From contig CM035358.1 in NCBI GenBank assembly GCA_020137815.1, positions 6,510,001 to 6,574,000 of the forward strand: 64,000 nt of DNA, in the 5' to 3' direction. Numbering within the stretch: position 1 is the first letter of the stretch; every line of letters starts with the position of its first letter. This DNA is from Hormiphora californensis (taxonomy: Eukaryota; Animalia; Ctenophora). The position numbers and the translations under genes were made by a program. The notes beneath the pieces were generated by a model. It was not told the origin of the DNA and searched no databases. It worked only from the letters and a program-made list of their open reading frames with translations. Shown here one piece after another: positions 37,253 to 48,905 of this stretch.

Positions 37253-40200
37253 TTAAACGGTTATGTTTAAACCTAATTATCCAATTATCTAATTAATCGG
37301 ATGAGATAGAGACTTAATTTCAGCACCTACCCCCACTAATTCGAGAACGCTGAACATTTCAGTGCCCCCGGTTGTGTCTCTACTCCTTTCCTAACATGGT
37401 TATATATAGCCATATGGCCAGCAAACGGCTATGTGCAGGTCTAATTATCCAATTATCCAATTAACCAGATGAGATAAAGACTTTATTCTGGCACCTACCC
37501 CCACTAAGGCGAGGACACTGAACACTTTGGTGCCCTTAATTTTATCTCTACTCCTTTCCTAAGGGTAGATACAGCGTTTTTCTCCTTATATGCTCAATTA
37601 CCAATCAATTAGGGGCTAATTACACACCTTCCCCCAAATAATTGAGACTGGCATTTTGGTTTTTTATGTTCAGGGAGCCTATACCTAGAATTTACAACCG
37701 GAATTGGCTTGCCGCTAGTGAGTTCTATGTCGAAACACGTTTTGACAGGCTTATGTAGGTGACACAGACAACTTCAAAAAATGCGCTCACGGAAGGGCTC
37801 ATTCTCGGCAATGTCCATATGGCGCCACATGATCATGTGGCGCCATTATCATGTGGCGCCATTAATGTGGCGCTAATGTGTGGCGCCGTTTGACTACCGC
37901 CACGACAACGGTTGGCGCCACACACATACCACTTGCATACCGCCAGAGTTTTTAAAATGTGGCGCCACTCCAGTGGTGTGGCGCCACTCCAGAAATCGGT
38001 TTTTTTGTTAGCGCCATAAGTTGGCGCCATATTCAACAAATGGCGCCACACGCCACCGCCATCCAAGTACCGCCAGAGCATGTATGGCGCCACTCCCGTG
38101 GTGTGGCGCCACTCCCGACCGCCATATGGCGTGTTTGGCGCCAAAATTTTGCCATGTGGCGATTGACTACCGCCATGGCGGGACTACCGCGCCAAATCGC
38201 GTTTTGGCGCCGGTATTTTTTATTGGCGATAATATTTGGCGCCAAAAATGGTTTTTGGCGCCAAAAAATCGAAAATTGGCGCCAAAAATTGGTCACTTAG
38301 GGTCATGACCCTTTTACCCGCCATATGGCGTGTTTGGCGCCAAAATTTTGCCATGTGGCGATTGACTACCGCCATGGCGGAACTACCCAAATTGGCGCTA
38401 ATTTGGCGCCAATCGCCATTTTGGCGCCAATTTGGCGCTTAGTTGGCGATTTTTATCCAATCGCCAATTTGGCGCTAAATTGGCGCCAAGCAGCGCCATT
38501 TGGCGCCAAATTGGCGCTAATTTGGCGCCAATCGCCATTTTGGCGCTAAGTTGGCGGCAATCGCCAAGCAGCGCTAAGTTGGCGATTTGTGTCCAATCGC
38601 CAATTTGGCGCCAAATTGGCGCCAAGCAGCGCCATTTGGCGCCAAATTGGCGCTAAGTTGGCGGCAATCGCCAAGCAGCGCCGATTTGGCGCCAATTTGG
38701 CGCTAAGTTGGCGATTTGTATCTAATCGCCAATTTAGCGCCAAATTGGGTAGAAGGGTCACGGCCCTTGAACACCGCCACGTGGCGGTTTTAACCGCCAC
38801 GTGGCCCCTGAACGTGGCGTCAATTCTCAGGACGTGGCGCCAATGAGCCTTTTTGGCGGTGTTCATGTGGCGTTAATAGTTGAAATTGGCGCTTCGAATT
38901 GGCGCTTTTCTTTTTTGGCCCCAGGGACGTGGCGTTGGCCCCAGGACGTGGCGTCAATTTTTGAGTGGCGGAGATGTCAAAATTTTTTGGCGCTTTCGGA
39001 TGACGCCACACCCGAAAAATTCGAATCGCCAATTTGTTTTTTTGGCCTATCATTTGGCGCTAATTTTTGGCGCTAATTTTTTGGCGCCATGTAAATTGGC
39101 GCCATATAAACTGATACCAGAAACCCCCTAGTGGATCCTAGGGACCCCCAGGAGGCGCTAGAGTCACCTAAAAGCCCCCTAGAAGGCTCCAAGAGACCCC
39201 TAGAGGCCACTAGAGTCGATTAGAGTCCCTCAAAAGCCCAGAAAGATCGAATGCAGCCCCAGATGAGCACACAAGGCCCCCAAAAAGCCACTAGAGTTCT
39301 CTAGAGTCCCCTGAAACGCCCCAAGAGGACACCAGAGGTCACTGAATGTCCGTAGAAGTCCCTAAAGACCCACAGAGGCATCAAGGATTGAACAGTTAAA
39401 AAAGAGCTGTGTTTATATAAATATATCGCCATGTTAATGGCGCTAATAATTACTTTGGCGCTTTGATGTGGCGGAGTTTATGTGGCGCCAACTATGTGGC
39501 GTCAATTATTGACGCCACACCGAAAATTCAAAAAACCACGTGGCGCTAAAATCGACTAAAAATTCCATTGGCGCCATCCTCTCAAAATTGACGCCACGTC
39601 CTGGGGCCAACGCCACGTCCCTGGGGCCAAAAAAGAAAAGCGCCAATTCGAAGCGCCAATTTCGACTATTAACGCCACATGAACACCGCCAAAAAGGCTC
39701 ATTGGCGCCACGTCCTGAAAATTGACGCCACGTCCAGGGGCCACGTGGCGGTTAAAACCGCCACGTGGCGGTGTTCAAGGGCCGTGGCCCTTCTACCCCA
39801 AATTGGCGCCATTTGGCGCCACTTAGCGATAGGAATTCCTCTGATGGACGTTATGAATATTTGGAATTTTAGGTACTATCGCCAATTTGGCGCCAATTTG
39901 GCGCCACTTGGCGATGGACACAGTTTATTCAGACAAATTCGCATCGCCACGTGGCGGTACCGCCAAATACCGCCAACACTTGGCGATTTACAATCGCCAC
40001 GTGGCGCCACTTGGCGCCACGTGGCGCCATTTGGCGCCAAAAAATCGCCAACTTGGCGCCATTTTGGCGCTAAATTGGCGGTTGTGCGCAGTCGCCAAAT
40101 TTTGGCGCCATTTGGCGCTAAAATATCGCCACGTGGCGCCACGTGGCGCCAAAATGGCGCCAATTTGGCGCCAAATGGCGCCAAAAAGTGCGCACGACCT

Positions 40201-40502
40201 TAACTACCATACTACCCAATAAACGGCAGAAAGTTCCTTAAAAATTAAACAAGTAATTTTTACATTTTAGCAATTCATTAACAGGATGGGTATTCGGTAA
40301 TCGATTTGACAACGACATTGTGATGGAGAGAAGGTCAAGAATCAGTTCAAAACAAAAATGAAATGAATAAAATCAGCTAACTGAGTAACAACTGTCAGCT
40401 AGTTGTCACAAGTTCCTTTGGCTTCACAAAAAGTGTCAGAGAGAGAGAGAAACAAAGTACAGATGTGATTGGTGCAATACGATGATTCCTTTGTTTAACG
40501 AT

Positions 40503-40567
<65 letters not shown>

Positions 40568-41544
40568 AGAGACAGAGACAGAGAGAGATGTCTAATCCTT
40601 CTATCACACCTCCTGCATGCATGTTCATCAAAGTAATGAAGCATCACTCCCCGTCTTTCATAGAAAACGCTAGACGGAGGAGCTGTGAGAGAGAGAGAGA
40701 GAGAGAGACAAAGCTCGAATCGATCATTCTATCTTTCTTTATCTCTTTCTATCTCACTCACTCACTAGATCAAAATTATAAAATCCTGTGTTATATCTCG
40801 GTTTATAAGCACTATAACAGCTCTCATGTAAAACAAGCGTTCATTGATGAAAGAAGCTGTGTGAGTGAGAGAGAACAACTAGAAGATGCAATATCTAACA
40901 CATCAATCACGTGTAGATCAGTCTCTATCACCACTAACTAGCTCTACTGAGCTGAGCTCTTTTCCACACAACCACAACAATTCGCTCATCATGCATTCAC
41001 TTCTCTCTAGTACTCATTCTAGCTGCAGTTCTCTGTACTCACGTTTAGTGTTTACAGTAATGAGTAATCTCATACAGAACTCAGAAGTATAACTCCGTAC
41101 TCAAGTGTGGAGTTAACACTTTACAGTGTAGTATGATACAGAAGTGATCAGGATGATCAGTAATACTACCGCTGCAGTGAAGTAGGGAAGTAGGGACACA
41201 GTGCACTGTAATTTCATGATTAACAGTACGGGAGAGGGGGAGAAGAAGGATTAAACCATGTACAAGAGAGGGGTGAAAGAGGGGAGAAGTTGGTTTACAG
41301 TACTGCTAGCTTTTAGTTCAGCTGATACCAACTTCCGTCTGTTTTATTCTTCTATAATTCCAATCTCTAATTGACTAATTCTAACATCCTCCTACTGAGT
41401 TTCAACGGTCGCTTTCAATCTACCATTTCCTATCAAGTCCATGAGTCACCATCTGAAACACCCACCCCAACCCCGCTAACCCTCCTCTCCCTCTCCCGCT
41501 GTTAACCCTCCTCCTCCCCCCAATAACCCTCTCCCCTCTCGCAG

Positions 41545-43525
41545 GTAATGTTGAATTGTGACAGTACCCAAGACAGGGACAGGTGGATTAGTACCATCTC
41601 AAAAACTGCCATGGAGGTGCCAGAAACACCCACTGACTCTGCCTATGGTGAGTTACCTGTCCTTTTTATACTCATCTACAGCAAGAGTGAGCAGTGTGTT
41701 TCACGTCTTCAGCTGCGTGGTCTTTGTACGATGAGAATATGTTTATAACCGTTTGTAACCGATTGTAACCACTCTATGGAGGGGTTATTTCGTAACCACC
41801 CTTTGTTTGCAGGTGTGATGTGTAGTGTGGTGGTGAACAATCGGTACATGGTGATAGTGAGGGAGGGATTCAGAACAGCGTACACACTTGATGCCGTGCC
41901 TATCACAGAGGTACTAACTAATCTTATACTGGTTTATTATATTTAAAGTTTGTTAGAACATGACGTGGTACATATTGTTTACTAGACCAGAGACCCCTCA
42001 ATCCCTACCTCCAACGTTGACTAATTCAGTGCCACAATATTATTGATTTCTAATTTATGGGGAAGTTGGTAATATTGAGTTGATTTTCCAATTTTTCCCT
42101 CCCTCAGATCCAGACGATAACCTGGGCTGAAGAGGAGTGTTTTTGTTCCCTGAAATCTGAGCACAAGGAGTGGATTCTCATGTTTAGAGATAACTATGAA
42201 AAATGTAAGATCATGCCTTTTTAGCAGACGAGTGCCGTGCATTTAGCTCATAACTACTGTATAGCTCTAATGATCTTTCTGGTGCCGCGGACCTCTATTT
42301 TTCACATTTGCTTCCCTTGCACCTCCGGAGATCTCCTAGAAACGTCCCCGGGAGATCTCCAGAGGTGCAAGAGAGGCTGTGACGGTTAAACAACTCACTT
42401 AGATTGCACAATCGCAAGTTATAATTACTTAGCAAGAGGGATATACTGACAATTGAGTGAATAGAGCTCACTTCTATAGCATCATGAACATGTAAAGCCT
42501 GTAATCATAATTATCCTGCATGTCTGCTAGAAAGGCATCGTTTCTCTGTCCCCCCCCCCTTTCTCTCTCGAAATCTCTCTCAATATCCCTCCCTACATCT
42601 CTCTAGAATTCTCTCTAGGCTTCTCTGGGATTCTCTGAGAGTCTCTCTAGGCTTCTCTCTATATCCCTCCCTCACCCTCAGATCTCTATTTCTATTCGCC
42701 TCTTTCCCAATTCTTTTCTGCTTACCAAGTGCCACTTATCTCATCTTATCCAATATTGGCCATGTGAGCGGGGATATTGTGAGTATCCATGTTGTATTCA
42801 CGAGAGGACAACACATCATCCATGCTACCTACCCTCTGATAGTTAGGGTAGGTCCTACCCCAACTATCAAAGAAAACAGATCTTAAATCCAGTTCATGTT
42901 TCCTTTATCCCAGTACTTCCCCTTTCTTCCTCATCATGTTTTCCCTTTCATACCTACCCTAATTAGTAATTATAGTAAGTATCTTAATTAGTAATCAACT
43001 TAGTTTATGTTTTCCCTCCTCCATCCCAGTTCATGTTGTTGTTTCCCTTTTCAGACAAGACGATGGAGTATATCTGGGAGGTATGGAGTGAAATATTCCA
43101 TTGTCAGTCTCCAGAACTGCTCTTCTCCCGGGCCTACCCTGCCACAAAGTACGTTACAATGCCAGTTGTTGTCAAAATAGGTGTCTTCTACAGGAACTAG
43201 AAGACACACATATCATGTCAAATATAATATAGGAAGGATGAAGTGATAAAAAGACACCTATTGATGAGACCAGTTCAATGATGGGGGTGTATCAAACCAA
43301 GTTCCTTTATATTTTTAATTCGTTCGAGATTCTAATAGACCACCAGACCATCATGCTGTCTTTTTGCTGTTTGACACCCTGTACATTTCCCTCACAACTC
43401 ACAGTTTTCTTGATTTCAGGGAGTGGAATGGTCCCAATGCGGTGTGGAAGCGGTATGATGAATTCCTCACTGGAGCCCTCCAAAGCAGAGACAACTCTGA
43501 ATTTGAATTCCTTGGAGATGACTGA
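41545..43525 (+). CDS. Duplicate of PLEKHM2-like exons 8-12
   Basis: Exons 41545-41647, 41813-41910, 42108-42204, 43055-43148, 43405-43525. The differences I checked against the main copy are synonymous. Confidence 0.85.
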
Positions 43526-44419
43526 CTTGGCACACAGAGGGATACAGAGGGGTGCGAACTGCGAGTACGTGCCCAGATGACTGACTGCAGCAAGGGACAC
43601 ATAATGTGCAGATGAAACGTCCGGGCAGTCTATACGGGCGATCTATTCGAGCCCCCGTAATCCCCCGTGATAGGATGTTTGACGTGCCAAGATGACAACT
43701 CTCCTGAGTTGAAGGGTCTCTAGAGAATAGTTTTTGCTGATTGTACTATTAGCAATATGTACAACATTTACGTGTATTTCTCAGTTTAAACGCTTATCTT
43801 GAAAACACTTGAAATTCGAAAATCATAGACAATGTTGCAGCTGTTGTTATGAATCGTTGTTCATGTTATTGTTTGGTTAAAATGTCAGAGATACAGACTC
43901 TAAGTTTTGATTATAAAAAATGAATTCGTGGTTTGTTGGGCGACAGGTGCTTGTGAATATTTTGCCCCAAAATGATTTTGTATATGGTTTTGTTTGTTAT
44001 ATTTTTACAAAACGTAAATCCCGGTTTAAATTTTCAATTAATATAAATGGAACAGGGAGTGAGATGATAGCATGATTGATACTCATACTAACTTCAGGAC
44101 TTCTATAAGTGGAAATGGTGCCCAGAAACGGTTACCGATGGTTATGTCGTCATTCGCGAACTTCAAGGTGCGCGGGCGCGGAAATCTGGTGAGAACTTTG
44201 TTGGTCGGTGGCGCGCTGCGCGCGTAATTAGATCACAAGTTCAAACAGAATTTTCTGCAGAAATTTAAATTTCCGCGTCCGTCCAAGGTCACGTGACTTG
44301 TTCTCGAATGTGCGTTTCCCTACACCTGTTTAGCTAGGGGCCTCCGGCGGCTGGACTCCGGCCTGCAGCATATGCCAAGTTCGATTATTTCATTGCCAAG
44401 TACTCGAGCGCCTTTCTTT

Positions 44420-45481
44420 GTTCCCCAGTTCTTCTGTTGGATTGAATCGTATCTCAAAGACCGCAAAGCAAAGGTGAAGATTGGGACAGCGGAATCGGAA
44501 TCCAGGGCCATCGCTATTGGAGTGCCACAGGGATCTATCCTTGGGCCGCTCTTATTCATCCTATATACCAGAGACATGCAGAGAATTGCTGAAATGTATG
44601 GCCTTAGCTTACATATGTATGCTGATGATAGTCAACTGGCCATTTCTTTCATCCCGAAAACCTTCAATGAAGTCGTCGAAAGAGTACAGAAGTGCGTGTC
44701 GCATATCAAAGTATGGATGGCACAGAACCTTCTCAAGCTGAACCCGAACAAAACTGAAATCCTTGTAATGAGAAACAAATGGGATAGATCTGATAATCCA
44801 ACGACCATAAAAATTGTTGATGAAGCCGATGAAGGTACTGAGGTTAAACAAACTGCGAAAAACCTCGGTGTCATTTTTGACAGTGAACTCACCATGTCCC
44901 AGCACATCTCTAGAGTGATTCAGTCGTGCAACTATCAGCTGATTAACATGTGGAGAGTTGCTGGCAATCTGACTAGACAACAAAAGATCCAGCTTGTCAA
45001 CTCATTAATTCATTCCAGAATTGACTACTGCAGCGCATTACTCGTTGGGATTAAAGACAGTGATGTGAGGCGCTTGCAGAAGCTACAAAATTCTGCAACT
45101 CGTTTTATATTTGGCCAACGAAGTAGACGAGGTGTTACTGATCTCCGTAAGAAGTGCCACTTTCTACCCATTAGACACAGAATCGAGTACAAGATATGTC
45201 TGCTAGTCTATAAGTCACTTAACAACGACACACCCGGATACATGGCAGACATGGTTCAAAAGCGTAAACCAAAGGCTAAATGTCTGCGAGTGGATACTGA
45301 TACAACGAGACTAGAAGAGGTGCACAGTACATGCAACTACAAAGCAACAGAGAGAGCTTTCAGTGTAGCCGCTCCAAAAATGTGGAACCGCCTTCCTGAG
45401 CAGATACGCAACTCAGAAACACTGTCTTCTTTCAAGAAATCTTTGAAGACCTGTTTGTTTAGGATGGCATACGACTGCTGA
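44420..45481 (+). pseudogene. Reverse transcriptase, C-terminal half (L2/CR1 group)
   Basis: GVPQGSILGPLLFILYT, YADDSQL, LKLNPNKTE, SRIDYC, LQKLQN, LPIRHRIEYK, RAFSVAAPKMWNRLP, FKKSLKT. The ATG at 44372 belongs to host flank. Confidence 0.92.
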
Positions 45482-45499
45482 TTTCCCCTGACCCTTCTC

Positions 45500-46240
45500 C
45501 TTTCCCTTTGAACCTGCTGCTGCATCACTGACCTGTTGCTTCCTCCCTAACCTGCAGCCTGCTGCTTCCTCCCTAAGGCCTAACCTGGTACATCCTCCTT
45601 AACCTGGTACATCCTCATTAACCTGCACTGCTGCTCCCTCCTGAAACCTGCTGCTCCCTCCTCAACCTGCACTGCTGCTCCCTCCTTAACCTGCTGCTCC
45701 CCCTCCCTAACCTGCTGCTCCCTCCCTAACCTGCTGCTCCCTCCTTAACCTGCACTGCTGCTCCCTCCTGAAACCTGCTAATTCCTCCTTAACCTGCTGC
45801 TCCCTCCTTAACCTGCTACATCCTCCTTAACCTGCTACATCCTCCTTAACCTGCTGCTCCCTCCTTAACCTGCACTGCTGCTCCCTCCTTAACCTGCACT
45901 GCTGCTTCCTCCCTAACCTGCTGCTCCCTCCTTAACCTGCTACTCCCTCCTTAACCTGCTGCTCCCTCCTCAACCTGCTGCTCCCTCCTTAACCTGCTAC
46001 ATCCTCCTTAACCTGCACTCCTGCTCCCTCCTGAAACCTCCTGCTCCCTCCTTAACCTGCTGCTCCCTCCTTAACCTGCACTGCTGCTCCCTCCTTAACC
46101 TGCACTGCTGCTCCCTCCTGAAACCTGCTACATCCTCCTCAACCTGCTGCTCCCTCCATAACCTGCTACATCCTCCTTAACCTGCACTGCTGCTTCCTCC
46201 CTAACCTGCTGCTCCCCCCTCCTTAACCTGCTACATTTCC
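45500..46240. repeat. Degenerate 19-23-bp tandem repeat (AACCTGCTGCTCCCTCCTT)n
   Basis: Direct tandem array after the LINE ORF. Confidence 0.9.
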
Positions 46241-46562
46241 CATTTCCCTGTCCTTCCTACATCTTCATGAGACTTAGTAGAGGGATCATCCAAGCCAGAG
46301 TAGTGAGAATTTTAGGTTCTTAGTGTGTTTTTTCTGTTTTAAGTGTATCTTGGCCTACGAGTTTGTGTAGAGTCTGAGTAGATGAGGTTCCAGATTGACT
46401 GAGTCTAAAGGGAGATACGAAAGAAGAAAGAAGATCCATACATACCGTTTTAACGTTTTTACCGATAAAAAAAGCTATGCCATGTATGGACAATAAACTA
46501 TTCGTGATGCTGAACTCTATTATTACCTATTAACCGTGTGTGTCTCATCTGATATTATGTAG

Positions 46563-47282
46563 GATTTTATTATGCCTATAAGTTGTACCTGAAAACTTAT
46601 AACACGAGACCGAAGGTCGAGTGTTATAAGTGCAACAATAATGATCCGAGACCACAGGTCGAGGCAGATTCTTGTACTTTAGTGCACGAGCCTGCGAGTG
46701 CCACTAAGTTTGACTACCTCACGAGCCTGCGAGTGATGTAGTTTTACTTTTTGACCGAGCCTGCGAGGTCTAAAAGTGTACGAATCTGGGACATTATTGT
46801 TGACGTCAGGTACAACGAAAACAGGCATAATAAAATTGCATTGTAAAATTTTTTAAACAAGAGTGAGAGACACTTTAGCATAGGGCGTAACAATAGAACA
46901 AATTCATGATAAGGTAGCAGGCAGAGAAATCAGTATAAGATAAGATAACGCCTGAGATAGGTAAAGAGAGTGAGAGATTAGTGAGAGTGAGAGATAAAGA
47001 ATGTGTGGGTCCGGGAGTTCGTAACCGTTATCTTGATTTCGATGCTGCAACGGCGTGAGAGTGTGACATAAAGAAAGAGAGAGAGGGAGTTCGTACACGT
47101 TTATCTTTCTAACGGTTTTTAAACGTGACAGAAACAGTGGAGTTCGAAGTGCAGCAGTGTTATAAGTTTTCATGTATAACTGGGCAGTGTTATAAGTTTT
47201 CACTTATAACACTGCCCAGTGTTATAAGTTGTACAAGCAGTGCTACCTAAAGAATTATATTATATCTCAAAATTTTACAATG
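46563..47282. mobile_element. Element with internal inverted circle junction (Crypton-like), inside the LINE 3' region
   Basis: Left end ATTTTATTATGCCT, right end AAAATTTTACAATG, internal AGGCATAATAAAATT-G-CATTGTAAAATTTT at 46823-46852. Hairpin CGAGACCGAAGGTCGAG and CGAGCCTGCGAG repeats. Confidence 0.7.
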
Positions 47283-48313
47283 TCTGTTGTTATTATTTTG
47301 ATGTTCACTTGTACCTGTTTGTTTATTTATTTATTTGACTGTTCTTTTGTTTGTTTGTTTGTATGTATGCTTGTTTGTTAACTTTCTTGTTTGCCTGTCT
47401 GTTTAGTGTTAACTTATTTGTTTGTTTGTTTGCTTATCTATTTGTTTGGTTGTTTGTTTGTTCGTTTTGTTTGTCTGCGGGCTGTGTTGGTTTGTTTGTG
47501 CACTTTTTCAAAAGCCGTTGTATCTCAGTTATTTAATTGTGCAGTTTATGCTGATGTTATCTGCCTCATTGTATCGTGAACTAGCTTAACCCGCTTTAGG
47601 TAACCGCTGGTGCTTTCACATCAGCCTTGTAGCTTATTTTTTATATCTATTTATATTAAATATGTTTGGTGTAAGAGCGGGACAAGGTTTTAATATTTTT
47701 ATATTGACTTTGTGATAAATAGTGATTAAACTTAAACTTAAACTTAAACTTCAAAAAAAACTGAATGGCCACCGTCCTTCTGCCAGATGCCTCGGGATGA
47801 TGTGGCCTGTGGTCACTGGTCACCCAACATATCTGTCAGGCCAATGCTCTGACCACAGTTCTCGCGCGAGAATGGGTCAGGCCAATGCTCTGACAGCAAC
47901 ATATCAAGTTTCCAATTAAGGAGCTATTTCCGACTTTGCTTTGTGATCTGTCTGGCGGCACCGACTCGATCTGAGCTTAGTTTTGATACCGAAATCCTTC
48001 GCCGGCATATCCCATAGAAAAATAAATCAACGAAATCATATTTTTTGAAAATACATTTTACTCTTTACAGCGTCATAAATCTATTAAGATTCGTGCTCAT
48101 TTTTCATCCCGGAGTGTTTTTGACGTGTCATGATACCCAGACTGTCTTCCGCGTGATGAATTGCTTCGGACACACGCCGGTGTGATAGCAGACAGACTGG
48201 GAACATCATGTCAAGTTTGTAACACTAGATATTAGATAACTAAATCAAATATATATCTAGAAGATGAATGTCATTGCCATTTCTATTTACAATTTCTCTG
48301 AGGGTACGGTCAT

Positions 48314-48575
48314 CTGTCTGGCGGCGCCGACCCCACACTGTCGAATCAGAACGGGGTCTGGCGGCGCCGACTCCACACTGTCAAGTCAGAACGGGGTCTG
48401 GCGGTGCTGACCCCACACTGTCGAATCAGAACGGGGTCTGGCGGTACTGACCCCACACTGTCAAATCAGAACGGGGTCTGGCGGCGTCAACCCCACACAG
48501 TCCAATCAGAACGGGGTCTGGCAGTGCTGACCCCACACTGTCAAATCAGAACGGGGTCTGGCGTCGCCGGACAGA
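48314..48575. repeat. 40-bp tandem repeat within a small CTGTCTGGCG…CGCCAGACAG MITE family
   Basis: ~6 units of TCTGGCGGCGCCGACCCCACACTGTCGAATCAGAACGGGG. Related termini at ~15630, ~34990, ~55195-55500 and ~57705. Confidence 0.8.
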
Positions 48576-48905
48576 CGGTCACTAGATTATTACGATTCAA
48601 TCGTGTGCCTAACTAAAATAATTCATATATAAACAGGGGCAAATATAATATTGACAAGCGGATTTTAACCAATATACAACTAACTAAATTTGAAAAACTC
48701 TAAACATTTCTATAAGCTGGCCCGCCCTCATATTAAAGCTTTAGTTACCTCTGTCGTGTATGTGATAAGTGGTGTGTGTGTGAGTGAAGTGGTGATAAGA
48801 GAGAGAGTGTTTGTTGTGTGAGAACACGAGAGAGAGAAAGTGGTATATTGTACAAAATGTATAAATGTACAAAATGTAGAAAAATGTACAAAATGTACAA
48901 AAAGT

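Larger units (their letters stand above)
28619..40216. mobile_element. 11.6-kb ORF-less foldback-type insertion of nested inverted repeats rich in GGCGCC
   Basis: TSD CAATAAAC at 28611-28618 and 40217-40224. Termini GGTAGTATG…/…CATACTACC. Empty site GACAATAAACGGCAGA at 18775-18790. Confidence 0.85.
28170..44400 (+). other. Second copy of ~18300-28020 (probable allelic haplotype assembled in tandem)
   Basis: 28230-28618 matches 18366-18784. 40217-44380 matches 18777-28020 apart from insertion differences. Confidence 0.85.
44420..47751 (+). mobile_element. 5'-truncated L2/CR1-group LINE with long repeat-laden 3' region and (TAAACT)n tail
   Basis: RT C-terminal half, then pyrimidine-rich repeats, then TTAAACTTAAACTTAAACTT at ~47726-47751. 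No TSD seen. Confidence 0.75.

Noticed and set aside
28496-40222. Dozens of overlapping W/R/A/P-rich ORFs on both strands
   Set aside because: They arise from the GGCGCC palindromic repeats (WRQ/LAP/GA patterns in all frames). No domain motifs.
44372-44420. N-terminus of the 369-aa RT ORF as a domesticated gene start
   Set aside because: The ATG comes from host flank that is also present at ~28010 without the LINE. It is a chance in-frame fusion to a truncated element.
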